Shown here: positions 1 to 9,263 of the stretch, piece after piece
How positions within the stretch are numbered: position 1 is the first letter of the stretch
Layout of the letters: each line of letters starts with the position of its first letter
NCBI GenBank assembly: GCA_041577295.1
Contig: JBFGJG010000019.1
Coordinates: 8,464 to 72,463 of the forward strand
DNA length: 64,000 nucleotides
From: Gemmatimonadales bacterium
GTDB lineage: Bacteria > Gemmatimonadota > Gemmatimonadetes > Gemmatimonadales > GWC2-71-9
Direction: 5' to 3'
Notes under the pieces: model-generated
The model's database searches: none
What the model was told of the DNA's origin: nothing
The model's input: only the letters and a program-made list of their open reading frames with translations
Translations under genes and position numbers: made by a program

Positions 1-1
1 C

Positions 2-151
2 GATGCCTGGGGCGTCGCCCGACGGCGTGATCTGCGCACGGGGGACGTCACCCACCCGGCGCTGGCGTACATCGTGGACCCGGATGGCATCATCGCGTAT
101 GGGGTGGTCGGCGGGGCAGACGCGATCGTCGAGCTCGTGGGGCGGTTGTAA
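2..151 (+). CDS. 3' end of SCO1/SenC-family protein (5'-truncated by window)
   Basis: Frame 2 reads DAWGVARRRDLRTGDVTHPALAYIVDPDGIIAY...VELVGRL*; the H-x4-YIVDPDG pattern is typical of the SCO C-terminus. Not in the ORF track. Confidence 0.6.
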   Translation, partial: DAWGVARRRDLRTGDVTHPALAYIVDPDGIIAYGVVGGADAIVELVGRL

Positions 152-291
152 CTCCTTCACCTCCTCGCAGCGGCCTCAGCACCTTTCTCAAATCACCCCC
201 CAACCGTACCGGGCCGCTTGACCGAACTCCTACACCGGGAACTTTCCGACGGCATCGTGGTTCTAGCGGTCGTCCCGATCAGGAGGACTCC

Positions 292-1059
292 ATGTTCGCC
301 GCTCGTGCACTGACCGTTCTGATCGCGACCGTTATACCCGCGATCGCAGCACACGGTCAACAGACCGTTCATTTCCTCGCTGAAGACTCTGTGGTTGTGT
401 ACGGTCATCTCTATGCCGCTCCTCAAGGCGCACAGGCGCTGATTCTCGCCTTCCATCAGGCGGGAGCCAACGGTCGCTCGGAGTATGAGCCCATCGCCCG
501 CCGACTCACGGCATTGGGGTACACCGTGCTGGCCGTCGATCAGCGGGCTGGTGGCGATCGGTTTGGTGGAACGAACCGCACCGTCGACCGTCTCGGGATT
601 TCCCGCGGCTATTGCGAAGCGGCGGCCGACCTGGAGGCGGCGGTGCGGTATGGGCGGGACACGTTTCCCGGAGTACCACTCGTGCTTTGGGGGAGTAGTT
701 ATAGCGCCGCGCTTGTGCTGCGCCTAGCCGCCACGCAGCCGGCTGAGGTGGCCGCCGTGCTTGCCTTCTCGCCGGCTTCCGGGGAGCCGATGGCGGGATG
801 CCGCCCAGAGGAGCTTTCAGATCGCATTATTGTTCCAACCCTCGTGCTGCGCCCAAAGGCGGAGATGGACGTTGCGTCGGTGGTAAGCCAAGCTGAGATC
901 TTTCGCGACCAGGGGCACGCGGTGTTCGTGGCAGATCCGGGGCGACACGGATCCTCGATGCTCGTGGAAGACCGCGTTGAAGGATCGGTCGAGCACACCT
1001 GGGTAGCGGTGCTGGCGTTTCTGAGTGACGCCTTACGGGATCGAAACGTTGGTATCTGA
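292..1059 (+). CDS. Secreted alpha/beta hydrolase
   Basis: AGGAG RBS, signal peptide, FHQAG, nucleophile GSSYS, late HGSS histidine. Confidence 0.85.
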   Translation: MFAARALTVLIATVIPAIAAHGQQTVHFLAEDSVVVYGHLYAAPQGAQALILAFHQAGANGRSEYEPIARRLTALGYTVLAVDQRAGGDRFGGTNRTVDRLGISRGYCEAAADLEAAVRYGRDTFPGVPLVLWGSSYSAALVLRLAATQPAEVAAVLAFSPASGEPMAGCRPEELSDRIIVPTLVLRPKAEMDVASVVSQAEIFRDQGHAVFVADPGRHGSSMLVEDRVEGSVEHTWVAVLAFLSDALRDRNVGI

Positions 1060-1154
1060 AAAACCGCAATGGCGTGCGTAGGTATAGTCATCGTCGACGA
1101 CGGAGATGCTTCAGATTCTTGCAACGCAACTCATCACGGAGATAGCATTCTCGA

Positions 1155-1982
1155 GTGACCTCCGATCCTGGTGTTCGTTTTAGCGTGACTAGCGAAGTCT
1201 GGCGTGCGTTTGCCGTCTGGGAGACCACCACCACCCAGAACGTGCCGACGTTGGTTAAGGCCGCTGGCGTGCGTGCGGGACAGCGGGTGCTCGACGTTGG
1301 GACCGGCACGGGGGTCGCGGCCGTCACGGCGGCGCGAATTGGCGCACGCGTGTCCGGCGTGGATCCCACCCCGGAGCTGTTAGAGCTTGCGCGCGAGAAC
1401 GCCAGCATCGCGGAGGTGAACGTTGATTTTCATGAGGCTGGCGCCGAGGAAATTCCCTTTGCCGACGAAGAGTTCGATGTGGTGCTCAGCCACTTTGGCC
1501 ACATGTTTGCTCCACGTGCACAACGGGCTGCCGACGAGATGCTGCGCGTGCTGCGCACCGGTGGTACGCTCGCATTTACTTCGTGGCCGCCGAACGACAG
1601 CCTCGGAGTGATTTTCGAAGACCTTGCCGTGCACCTCCCCGCGCTCCCAGAGGGGACTGACGATCCCGAACAGTGGGGAGATCCGGAAGTCGTCCGGCAA
1701 CGACTGGGCAGCCGGGTGCGCGACCTCGTGTTCGAGCAACACGAGATGCGGAGTCCCGCGCTCAGCGTGCGCCACTTCCGACTCCGCATGGAGCAGGTTG
1801 GTCCCGGAAAGGTGGCCGCGCAGACGCTCGAACCGGCCGTGCTCGCCAAGTTCCGTGCCGGCCTCGAACGAAATCTGATGCCGGACTTCCGAGACAATAT
1901 CATGCATCTGCGGTATCTCCTCGTCCGCGCGATCAAGACGGGAAGCGGCGCCCCCATGGCTTTTAGAGACGCACCGTACTAA
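1155..1982 (+). CDS. Class I SAM-dependent methyltransferase (start uncertain)
   Basis: VLDVGTGTG motif I, FDVVLSHFGHMF, RVLRTGG. Confidence 0.9.
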   Translation: MTSDPGVRFSVTSEVWRAFAVWETTTTQNVPTLVKAAGVRAGQRVLDVGTGTGVAAVTAARIGARVSGVDPTPELLELARENASIAEVNVDFHEAGAEEIPFADEEFDVVLSHFGHMFAPRAQRAADEMLRVLRTGGTLAFTSWPPNDSLGVIFEDLAVHLPALPEGTDDPEQWGDPEVVRQRLGSRVRDLVFEQHEMRSPALSVRHFRLRMEQVGPGKVAAQTLEPAVLAKFRAGLERNLMPDFRDNIMHLRYLLVRAIKTGSGAPMAFRDAPY

Positions 1983-2167
1983 CATTCGTTATCCAGATCC
2001 CGCGGAACGCTCGCTTCACTGGCGTCGGTCATCCGGCGGAGCCCACCGTAACGACTGAGTCTCGACGACAGTAAGCCTTGCCCGTACAGGGTGTGGTGCG
2101 GACGCGGTTCTCCGATCTGCCCGCCAAGTTTTTCGGTTACATATCGCTTTCCCTCTGAGGAGGAAAT

Positions 2168-2617
2168 ATGCCGGCACCATCCACCAAGATCGCTCCCGAA
2201 CAGCTGATTCAGGCCGCGAAGGCGCCGTTCACCGCGTACAACAACAAGGACTGGAAGGCGGCACGTGCCAGTTTCACGTCCGACTTCGTGTACGACGAGG
2301 TGCCAACCGGTCGCAAGGCCAAAGGGGCCGACGACGTGATCGCGCTGTGGAAGGGTTGGGGCACGGCGTTCCCGGATTCGAAGTGCACGTACCACAAGGA
2401 GTACGTCAGCGGGAATACCGTCGTGCTCGAGCTCACGTGGAAGGGAACGCACACGGGACCGATGCAGACTCCCGATGGCCCGATCCCGGCCACCAACAAG
2501 AAGATCGACATCCGGGCGTGTAATGTCGTCGAGATTTCGGGTGACAAGGCCAAGTCGCAACGCCAGTACTTCGACATGGCAACGATGATGCAACAGCTCG
2601 GCCTCGCCAAGAAGTAG
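2168..2617 (+). CDS. SnoaL-like ester cyclase / NTF2-fold protein
   Basis: GAGGAGG RBS; AFPD, WKGTHTGP, IPATNKKI, YFDMATMMQQLG. Confidence 0.9.
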   Translation: MPAPSTKIAPEQLIQAAKAPFTAYNNKDWKAARASFTSDFVYDEVPTGRKAKGADDVIALWKGWGTAFPDSKCTYHKEYVSGNTVVLELTWKGTHTGPMQTPDGPIPATNKKIDIRACNVVEISGDKAKSQRQYFDMATMMQQLGLAKK

Positions 2618-2645
2618 CGGAACGCGTTCAACAGGAGGGTGTCAG

Positions 2646-2678
2646 AGGCCGGGGGATCGTGCTGATCCCCCGGCCTTT
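2646..2678. terminator. GC-rich hairpin between convergent genes, probable intrinsic terminator
   Basis: AGGCCGGGGGATC-gtgct-GATCCCCCGGCCT (13-bp perfect stem) followed by TT. Confidence 0.75.
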
Positions 2679-3187
2679 CATTCGTGTGTCGCTCGGCTCC
2701 GAGCTTGCACTTCCTCTTCCGTCAATCCGTACAGCGGCGGTGTTGTGATATCCAGCATCCCGAGCATCAGGTAGATCTGCCCACGATGGTGCACTTCGTG
2801 CTCGACCATCGCGCGTAGCCATTTCCATACGGTGATCGTCACCCCGCCGGGCGTCGAACAGCGGCTCCGAAGATCCTCAGGGGTTAAGGTCGCGAAGATC
2901 GCGACCGCCTCACGGTGCATGCGGTCGATGAAGTCACGGACCTCGGCGGGTCCTCTCGCCAAGTCGGGTCCGTGTCCAGGGTACCGGCTGGGGTTCTTCT
3001 GAGCGTTTTCGGCGAACATGTACCGCTCGATCGCTGCGAGGTGGCGGATGAGGTCCGCGAAGGTCCATGCCCCCGGTCGATGACTCCAGTCGTAGCGATC
3101 ATCGGGAATACACGCGATGACAGCATTGGTCCGGGCGCGGATTTTCTCCCAGTAATCCAGGAACGTGGCGACCGATTGGATTTCCAT
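2678..3187 (-). CDS. DinB/YfiT-family protein
   Basis: WTFADLIRHLA and EHEVHHRGQI metal-binding His triad. Confidence 0.9.
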   Translation of the reverse strand: MEIQSVATFLDYWEKIRARTNAVIACIPDDRYDWSHRPGAWTFADLIRHLAAIERYMFAENAQKNPSRYPGHGPDLARGPAEVRDFIDRMHREAVAIFATLTPEDLRSRCSTPGGVTITVWKWLRAMVEHEVHHRGQIYLMLGMLDITTPPLYGLTEEEVQARSRATHE

Positions 3188-3269
3188 GACATATCCTCGC
3201 GATGGGCCTCAGGCGCGATCCAGCCAAACGACTCGACCCGTCCGAAAGTTAGCCCCTCCAGGGATCAAT

Positions 3270-3298
3270 TTGACAACGTACAAAATTATTTGTACGTT
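3270..3298 (+). promoter_or_regulatory. Sigma-70 promoter overlapped by palindromic operator
   Basis: TTGACA (3270-3275), 17 bp, TACGTT (3293-3298); inverted repeat AACGTACAAA-atta-TTTGTACGTT (3275-3298). Confidence 0.8.
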
Positions 3299-3303
3299 AG
3301 CAC

Positions 3304-3900
3304 ATGCGTCAAGATGTCTTGCTCGTGGACTCCGTAGAGCAGGCGACGGTGCTGCTCAAACCGCGGCGGATTGAGCTCCTCGCCGAGATGGCGGAGCCGC
3401 GCACGTGTCCGGAGCTAGCTGAGCGGTTTCGGGAGACGCCGCAGAAGATCTACTACCACGTGAAGACCATGGAGCGCGCGGGTTTGGTGGAACGGGCGGG
3501 GGAGCGCTCGGTCAACGGCATCGCCGAGGGCCATTATCGCGCCAAGGCGCGGGCCTTCTGGTTGTCGCCACGCTTGGTGCGTGGCCTAGGTGGCCAGAAA
3601 GCCGTCCAGGAGCAGACGAGTCTCCGGATCCTGGCGGGCCATGCCGAGCAAATGCTCGAGGACGTGGGCCATCTTGCGGAGCGCTCGGCCGCAGGCGAGC
3701 ACACGCCCTCGTTGTCGCTGGCGGTCGATATCACCTTGCCGACCCGCGAGCGACGCGAGGAGTTCTTGAATGCGTTGACCCAGACCTTCGAGCAGCTCGC
3801 CCGCCAGTACACCGGCACGGCACCGACGAAACGCGAGGCGCCCGAGACATTCCGCTTCACTCTCACCTGCTATCCCACGCCCGCGCGGGAGGCGTCATGA
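3304..3900 (+). CDS. ArsR-like winged HTH transcriptional regulator
   Basis: KPRRIELLAEM, ELAERF, QKIYYHVKTMERAGLV. Confidence 0.85.
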   Translation: MRQDVLLVDSVEQATVLLKPRRIELLAEMAEPRTCPELAERFRETPQKIYYHVKTMERAGLVERAGERSVNGIAEGHYRAKARAFWLSPRLVRGLGGQKAVQEQTSLRILAGHAEQMLEDVGHLAERSAAGEHTPSLSLAVDITLPTRERREEFLNALTQTFEQLARQYTGTAPTKREAPETFRFTLTCYPTPAREAS

Positions 3901-4835
3901 CTTCCGTTTTGCATTATCAGCTCGCTCTGCCGGCCTCGCCGGCCGAGGTGTTTCGTGCCCTCACCGAAAACGCGGCGCTCGAGACGTGGTTCGCCGAGCA
4001 CGCCGATGTCTCGCTGAAGGACAAGCGGTATGACTTTTGGGGCCGCTTCACGCCGGAATCCCCCGCGCGCACAGAGGGGCATCACCCCATCACGGCGTTC
4101 GTGCCGAACCGTCAGTTGTCCTTTAGGTGGCAGCTTCGCGGAGTCGATACCACGGTGGATCTCAAACTCACCAAGCGTCACGATGTGACCGTGCTTGGTC
4201 TTTGGCACCGCGGGGTTCCGTCGATTCCCGAAGGGGAGCCAGGCTGGTATGCACTTGACGACGTCTGGGCTCTCTGGCTGGAGAACCTGCGCCGTTACCT
4301 CGACGGTCGCTCGGTGATCCGCTGCGATTTCTCGGCCATCACCGGTGGTGATGTCACGCGCACCATCGAGATCGATGCGCCGGCCTCTGCCGTGTGGGAT
4401 GCCCTGGTGAATCCCGAGCAACGCAAGCGGTGGATTGCCAGCAAAGATCTGGACACGCCGGACGTCGGTGGCGTGTGGATCGACTGGGCTCAACACGGGG
4501 CGCTTCGCATTGTCGAGATGGTCCCGGAAAAACGAATGTCGCTTGAGTGGCAGATCGGTGGCGTGCCGACGGTGGTGACCTGGACGCTTGAGGAGCAGGG
4601 CGGGAAAACCCGATTCACCTTGGCCCACAGCGGCTTCGCTCCAGACTACCGAACGGACGGCGAGTTGTTGGGGTGGCTGAGCTACTTGAGTTGGTTGCAA
4701 TCGCTGGTCGAGTATGGATTCGACTGGTTACCGCCCGTCAAGCAGATCGCGCGTGACGTAGCGCTCTTCCACGCGGCCTCGATCTGGTCGCGCCAGGACG
4801 AGTTACTGGACGAAGACGACGCGAGTTGGCGCTGA
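3897..4835 (+). CDS. Tandem SRPBCC/AHSA1-domain protein
   Basis: Two repeats (ASPAEVFRALT..WF; APASAVWDALV..W); ATGA overlap with the regulator. Confidence 0.85.
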   Translation: MTSVLHYQLALPASPAEVFRALTENAALETWFAEHADVSLKDKRYDFWGRFTPESPARTEGHHPITAFVPNRQLSFRWQLRGVDTTVDLKLTKRHDVTVLGLWHRGVPSIPEGEPGWYALDDVWALWLENLRRYLDGRSVIRCDFSAITGGDVTRTIEIDAPASAVWDALVNPEQRKRWIASKDLDTPDVGGVWIDWAQHGALRIVEMVPEKRMSLEWQIGGVPTVVTWTLEEQGGKTRFTLAHSGFAPDYRTDGELLGWLSYLSWLQSLVEYGFDWLPPVKQIARDVALFHAASIWSRQDELLDEDDASWR

Positions 4836-4898
4836 TTGCGGTGGCGTCACTTGCTCGGTGGCAAGGGGCGCGGTAGGAATAGCCTGGCTCGGAACCGG

Positions 4899-5492
4899 TC
4901 AGTCGAATTCTGCCGTGCTCAGCGCCAGCAACCCGAGTCCAGCGATTCCGATCCTCAGAAACATCGACAGTGCGCCCCGTCCGTACTGCTCGGCGTACCA
5001 GTGACCGGCGCTTGGGCCCATCAGCACACCGGCGCTGGCGACTACCAACCCTACGCCTAGGGTGCCCTGATTGTCGTTCCAGCCGCCGGCGGACGCGAGG
5101 CCCAGCCCGAGGGCGGTTGGCACCAGCGTCGCCCCCAACGACCAGAGCAGAGCGGTGCTCTCCGATTTGAGGCCGGAGGGTTGTTGGCTGGGGTAATCGA
5201 CCCGGATGGGTTGGCTCAGATTGCTCTGCCCCCGCCCGCCGACGGAAACGACAATACCCACGCGCCTGTCGACCGGGTCGATCCACGGTGCGGCGCCGAG
5301 TGCGGTCCGGTTGTACTTCCGCGCCGACCCGGGGGCGGCTCCAACGTCTATGAGCGCGACGAGTCCCACGGCAGCGCCGGCACCGAAGGCCAAGGCGAAG
5401 CCGAGTTCGTTCTGTGCCCGAAGAGCCGGCGGGCGTACCGTCGCCGCCAACACGACGGCAGCAAGCAAAATTGCAACGGTTGCCGACCGCAT
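4899..5492 (-). CDS. Hypothetical membrane protein with signal peptide
   Basis: Signal peptide, several Gly/Ala-rich hydrophobic segments, GGAG RBS. Confidence 0.65.
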   Translation of the reverse strand: MRSATVAILLAAVVLAATVRPPALRAQNELGFALAFGAGAAVGLVALIDVGAAPGSARKYNRTALGAAPWIDPVDRRVGIVVSVGGRGQSNLSQPIRVDYPSQQPSGLKSESTALLWSLGATLVPTALGLGLASAGGWNDNQGTLGVGLVVASAGVLMGPSAGHWYAEQYGRGALSMFLRIGIAGLGLLALSTAEFD

Positions 5493-6007
5493 CAGGTTCT
5501 CCTTGTCTGTTCCTCGCCACTCTTCAAGAACATCGCAGTCTGATCGCCATAGTACACCATCTGCCCATTTTGCGAGAACTCAAACTCGAATCGGACGACG
5601 ATACGGCGTGCTCCGCGTCGGGAAGCCGATTCGCGTGAGCGGAGCGTGAGGGGCGGACCGATCAGCGCCAAGGCCTTGAAGTCTGCTCGGTGAATACGGT
5701 TTCCATACCCAACCCAGCCATCAGCCCACCGCAATCCGTGGTAGAACCACCCATGCAGAGAGCCCATATGGGCCGTGGCCATGATCAGCTCACCGACCGA
5801 GAGGTGCGCGGGGTGACCTGGCCCCGATCGCTGATGGGCCACGTACGGGAACTCTCTCGTTGTGTCGAGCCTGGCGACGATTTCGGATCGGTCGGCATCG
5901 AGACTGACGATTTCGTCGATCAGAAAGCTGCCATCGTCGTAGAGGAAGGTGTCGAGGAACTCCTCCATCTCGGATGGATCGTGTGGGCCGGGGATGTGGC
6001 GTGACAC
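5492..6007 (-). CDS. Hotdog-fold (FabZ-like) protein
   Basis: FLIDEIV, ADFKALALIGPPLTL, terminal beta strands typical of the hotdog fold. Confidence 0.6.
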   Translation of the reverse strand: MSRHIPGPHDPSEMEEFLDTFLYDDGSFLIDEIVSLDADRSEIVARLDTTREFPYVAHQRSGPGHPAHLSVGELIMATAHMGSLHGWFYHGLRWADGWVGYGNRIHRADFKALALIGPPLTLRSRESASRRGARRIVVRFEFEFSQNGQMVYYGDQTAMFLKSGEEQTRRT

Positions 6008-6109
6008 CGGGGTTGGGCCTCCGTGGGATGGTGGGTGAGGACGTTAGTCGTATTGGCGGCAGGCCGAAACCTTACCAAGGGTGGCAGGAATTACTACTTT
6101 GTGCACCCC

Positions 6110-6370
6110 ATGGTCGAAACCTCGAAGGGCACGACTCGGACGACGTCACGCTTTGCCGTGCATCTCGGGCACACCGAGCCCGGTCGCCAGCGGGGCTGGA
6201 CGCTGTGCGATCGCCGCATCGGCTTGGGCGACGATGAGGTCATTCCATACGACGTGGTGGACATCTCGCAGCTCGACGCCGTGGACTGTTCCCGCTGTCT
6301 CGAACTCGTCGGCGGTCGAACGAGGCGGTGGGGACCGCGACCCCGCCCGCCGCGACGCGGCGTCCCGTAA
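6110..6370 (+). CDS. Small hypothetical protein, possible Zn-binding (H..C..CxxC)
   Basis: VHLGH...WTLCD...VDCSRC. Confidence 0.45.
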   Translation: MVETSKGTTRTTSRFAVHLGHTEPGRQRGWTLCDRRIGLGDDEVIPYDVVDISQLDAVDCSRCLELVGGRTRRWGPRPRPPRRGVP

Positions 6371-6793
6371 GCGGTTTCATAGGATCCTTCCCCTCGAGCC
6401 AACACGCTCGGTGGGCGGAGTGCCTGCGTGAACTGCGTCTCACGACGGGATTCGTTGAATGCTCGGGGTACCCCCACACTGTTTGTGGTCCTTCATCACG
6501 TCCCGCGATCTCACTCGTCGTCGTGGCCGCTAGCCCATCTCCGCGATCCGTCTGGAATGCAGCCGTCGGGCCATCATCTTCCCGATCCAACAGGACCAGT
6601 GGATCGGCACCACCACGAACTTCATCGCGGGGGAGTTGGGCGTAGTCTTCCGACCGACCCGACGGACCGTCATCAAAGCTGTGTACCTGCGTGACCACTG
6701 GGATCGGGCCATTACATTCTCACGCAACGGACACGCTTTCGCATTCCAGATAGCCCACCACTTCGATGTGGTCTCGCTGTTCCAGACTGCGTG

Positions 6794-7651
6794 TTAGCCT
6801 CGCCGCCGACCCTTGGACCAAATGAGAATCAAGCCACAGTTGTTTCCGCGATACTTCGCTGGTGCCAGCGCGCCCGTGTAAATCTCGATTCCGGCAATGT
6901 CGTCTGGGGCGAGCGCATCGACGTCCATATCCGTACGCGGGACCCCATCGACGTAGACCGGAATAGGACAGTCCGTGCCGAGCGTGTCCGCGGGATTAGA
7001 AAACTCGGTGGCGAGCGTGTCTCGCGGGCTGGGTAGGTCGATCCGAATGGACTGCCGTATTTGACGCTCACTCGTCACGATGCAACCCGAGCCGCCGCGG
7101 CAGCGCAATTTCACGCTGGGGATCGATCGAAAGAGCTGTGATACCCGAGTGGGTTTCTGCTTAGCCACGTCGGCTTCAGTGATGAAGTGACCCACACCGC
7201 GTCCCCTTCGCTCGCGGAACTCGGCAAGATCAGCTGTGCCCGCCACACCTTCCACGACCAGCGAATCGAGCGGGAGCGCTACCGGCGGTAGGGGGATGGT
7301 ACCGAGGTCGACTTCGGCAACTTGTTCGTTTGGGAAATCGATCTCGACTTCCATCGAACGATACCCGTCGCCATGAAATTGGAGCACGAGACTTGGCCCG
7401 TGCGTGAGGGTCAACTCAAAAGTGCCCCTGGGGTTCGTGACTCCGGTGGTGCCGGAGCCGACCACAATGACGGTCGCGTTGACAATCGGTGCGCCGCTGA
7501 TGGAGTCCGCTACGACGCCTCGCAGAGTCGTTGGACGGTCCTGAGCCAGGCCAGCCTGCGGGGTACCGAGCACCATCCCGCAAGCGATGAGGCTGACCAA
7601 AACACCGCCGCCGTGAAACCACGAGCCCAAGAAACAGTGCAATCGGGACAC
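6794..7651 (-). CDS. CarboxypepD_reg-like plus TonB-plug-like domain protein (no barrel)
   Basis: LRGVVADSISGAPIVNATV; FRERRGRGVGHFIT; PVYVDG..DDIAGIEIY..CGLILIWSK. GTG start at 7651 after a GGGGG RBS. Confidence 0.8.
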   Translation of the reverse strand: MSRLHCFLGSWFHGGGVLVSLIACGMVLGTPQAGLAQDRPTTLRGVVADSISGAPIVNATVIVVGSGTTGVTNPRGTFELTLTHGPSLVLQFHGDGYRSMEVEIDFPNEQVAEVDLGTIPLPPVALPLDSLVVEGVAGTADLAEFRERRGRGVGHFITEADVAKQKPTRVSQLFRSIPSVKLRCRGGSGCIVTSERQIRQSIRIDLPSPRDTLATEFSNPADTLGTDCPIPVYVDGVPRTDMDVDALAPDDIAGIEIYTGALAPAKYRGNNCGLILIWSKGRRRG

Positions 7652-7828
7652 GGATGCCCCCTTTTTTGCTATTTGGTACCGCTTCCGTAACGGACAGGTT
7701 CCTCGCCCGCCCCGCCACCTCTTCCTCCAAGCCGGCCGAAGTCTTGCCGGTGCTACACGTACCCGCACTCTCGGGAGCCACAATGCACCGTAGACACCAC
7801 GTTCAATAGGTACTACCATTCGCACGCA

Positions 7829-8686
7829 ATGAAAGATTACCAGCTCATCGTGTCGAACCCTCCACATGGTGAGGTCGATCTCACCGCGGCTCTGCCCTCC
7901 TTCCGACTTTCTCGAGCCGAAGTTGAGATGAAGGCGAACTACGCGCTGCCGGAGATCTGGTTTGCCAGTTCAGAACCGGCGCGCTTGGAGTCGACATTTG
8001 GGACGCTCCGCGCAGCCGGACTCAGCGTAGTACTAATTGCCGGTGAGGCGCTGCGCTCACTCCCTAAACAAGCCCACGTAACCGAGTTCACCTTTGGCGA
8101 GCAGGACCTCGCTATTCATGTAGAAGGGCGCGAAATCAAACTGCCGTATCAGGCTTCCATTACGGGTATCGCTTGTCGCCCGTCGCACGTCTCGGATGCG
8201 CTGTCGCGTGCCTCCCGAAGTACGGCGCTCGGCCGCTTGTCACACTCCGGTCTAACCCCGAATTCGCTGGTGGGGCGCAGCGAGCGACGCCCCGAGAAAG
8301 CCAAATCGGATGCATACGATCCGGAGTTCTCGTCCTTCGTAGACCTATTCTGGCAAGAGAAGGGGCAGATCTTTCGAGCCTCGTTTTTCGAGAGTAGTGG
8401 CGCACGCGGCGAGCGGGCCGTAGCGGACCTCGACGCTCTCGCTGGTGAGCTGGAGCAGCGGTTTGCCAACGCGCTCTTCGACCGTCGCGGCCTCGGAATG
8501 CGCGTTCGGCGTCGCATCATGGTTGGTGAGTACCCCGACGACGACCGCCGGAAAGGGTTCTCCTACGCCACCCGAGCGCTCAGCCAGTTGCTCGAAGCGA
8601 TCTCTCCGGACCTCAAGCGCATCGCTGACGTCGAGCTGGCGTCCCGCCTGGGGTATCTCACGATTCGAGCGGGATCGGGCGGTTAG
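7829..8686 (+). CDS. Hypothetical protein
   Basis: 285-aa ORF with protein-like composition, no recognised motif. Confidence 0.6.
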   Translation: MKDYQLIVSNPPHGEVDLTAALPSFRLSRAEVEMKANYALPEIWFASSEPARLESTFGTLRAAGLSVVLIAGEALRSLPKQAHVTEFTFGEQDLAIHVEGREIKLPYQASITGIACRPSHVSDALSRASRSTALGRLSHSGLTPNSLVGRSERRPEKAKSDAYDPEFSSFVDLFWQEKGQIFRASFFESSGARGERAVADLDALAGELEQRFANALFDRRGLGMRVRRRIMVGEYPDDDRRKGFSYATRALSQLLEAISPDLKRIADVELASRLGYLTIRAGSGG

Positions 8687-9257
8687 CACGCCCTCTCGAA
8701 GGCATTCGGGTCAACGCGAGCCCAACCGCCAACACCAATCCCAAGCCAACGAAGACCCTCGGCTCCAGTACGACGACCCGCCCGAGCAGTCGAAGTCGCC
8801 CACCCGGCGGTCGGTCGCTACTCGAAGTCTCGAAAAGCACGTCGAGGTAGTAGCGTCCTGGTTGATGGATCTCGAAGGCCGGTAGACGCACCGGTGGCGC
8901 GCCCGGAAACGCGCGAACCCACGGTCGCGCCCACCCGGATTGCTCGCGCACGATCGCTCCAGCCGTGTCGAGGATTCGAAGCCGATATCGCATGCGCTCG
9001 CGCAGTCGCGGTTGGAGTTGCGCGAGGTCGACACGGTAGGGGGACCGTTGCGGCGTGAGGCGGAGCGACCCAATTCGGGCGGACAGTCCGCTGTCCACCA
9101 GGCTGATGTTGAGCCCCATGAGCGGTGTCGTCCGACCTGACGGAAGCTCGAGAACGGCCACGGTTTCCCCAACCACCCAAATCACCCACACCCAATAGCC
9201 GAAACCGGCCCCAAGCGCGAGCGCCACGAGTGCGGCTCCGATGATGGGTGGGCGCAA
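8658..9257 (-). CDS. Hypothetical membrane protein (N- and C-terminal TM helices)
   Basis: Two hydrophobic helices flanking a soluble domain; starts 6 bp after the glpD stop. Confidence 0.6.
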   Translation of the reverse strand: MRPPIIGAALVALALGAGFGYWVWVIWVVGETVAVLELPSGRTTPLMGLNISLVDSGLSARIGSLRLTPQRSPYRVDLAQLQPRLRERMRYRLRILDTAGAIVREQSGWARPWVRAFPGAPPVRLPAFEIHQPGRYYLDVLFETSSSDRPPGGRLRLLGRVVVLEPRVFVGLGLVLAVGLALTRMPSRGRANRPIPLES

Positions 9258-9263
9258 GCTACC

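Noticed and set aside
6371..6793. Short ORFs on both strands (for example 6240-6698 -, 6428-6694 +)
   Set aside because: No recognisable motif or RBS; left uncalled, possibly decayed sequence
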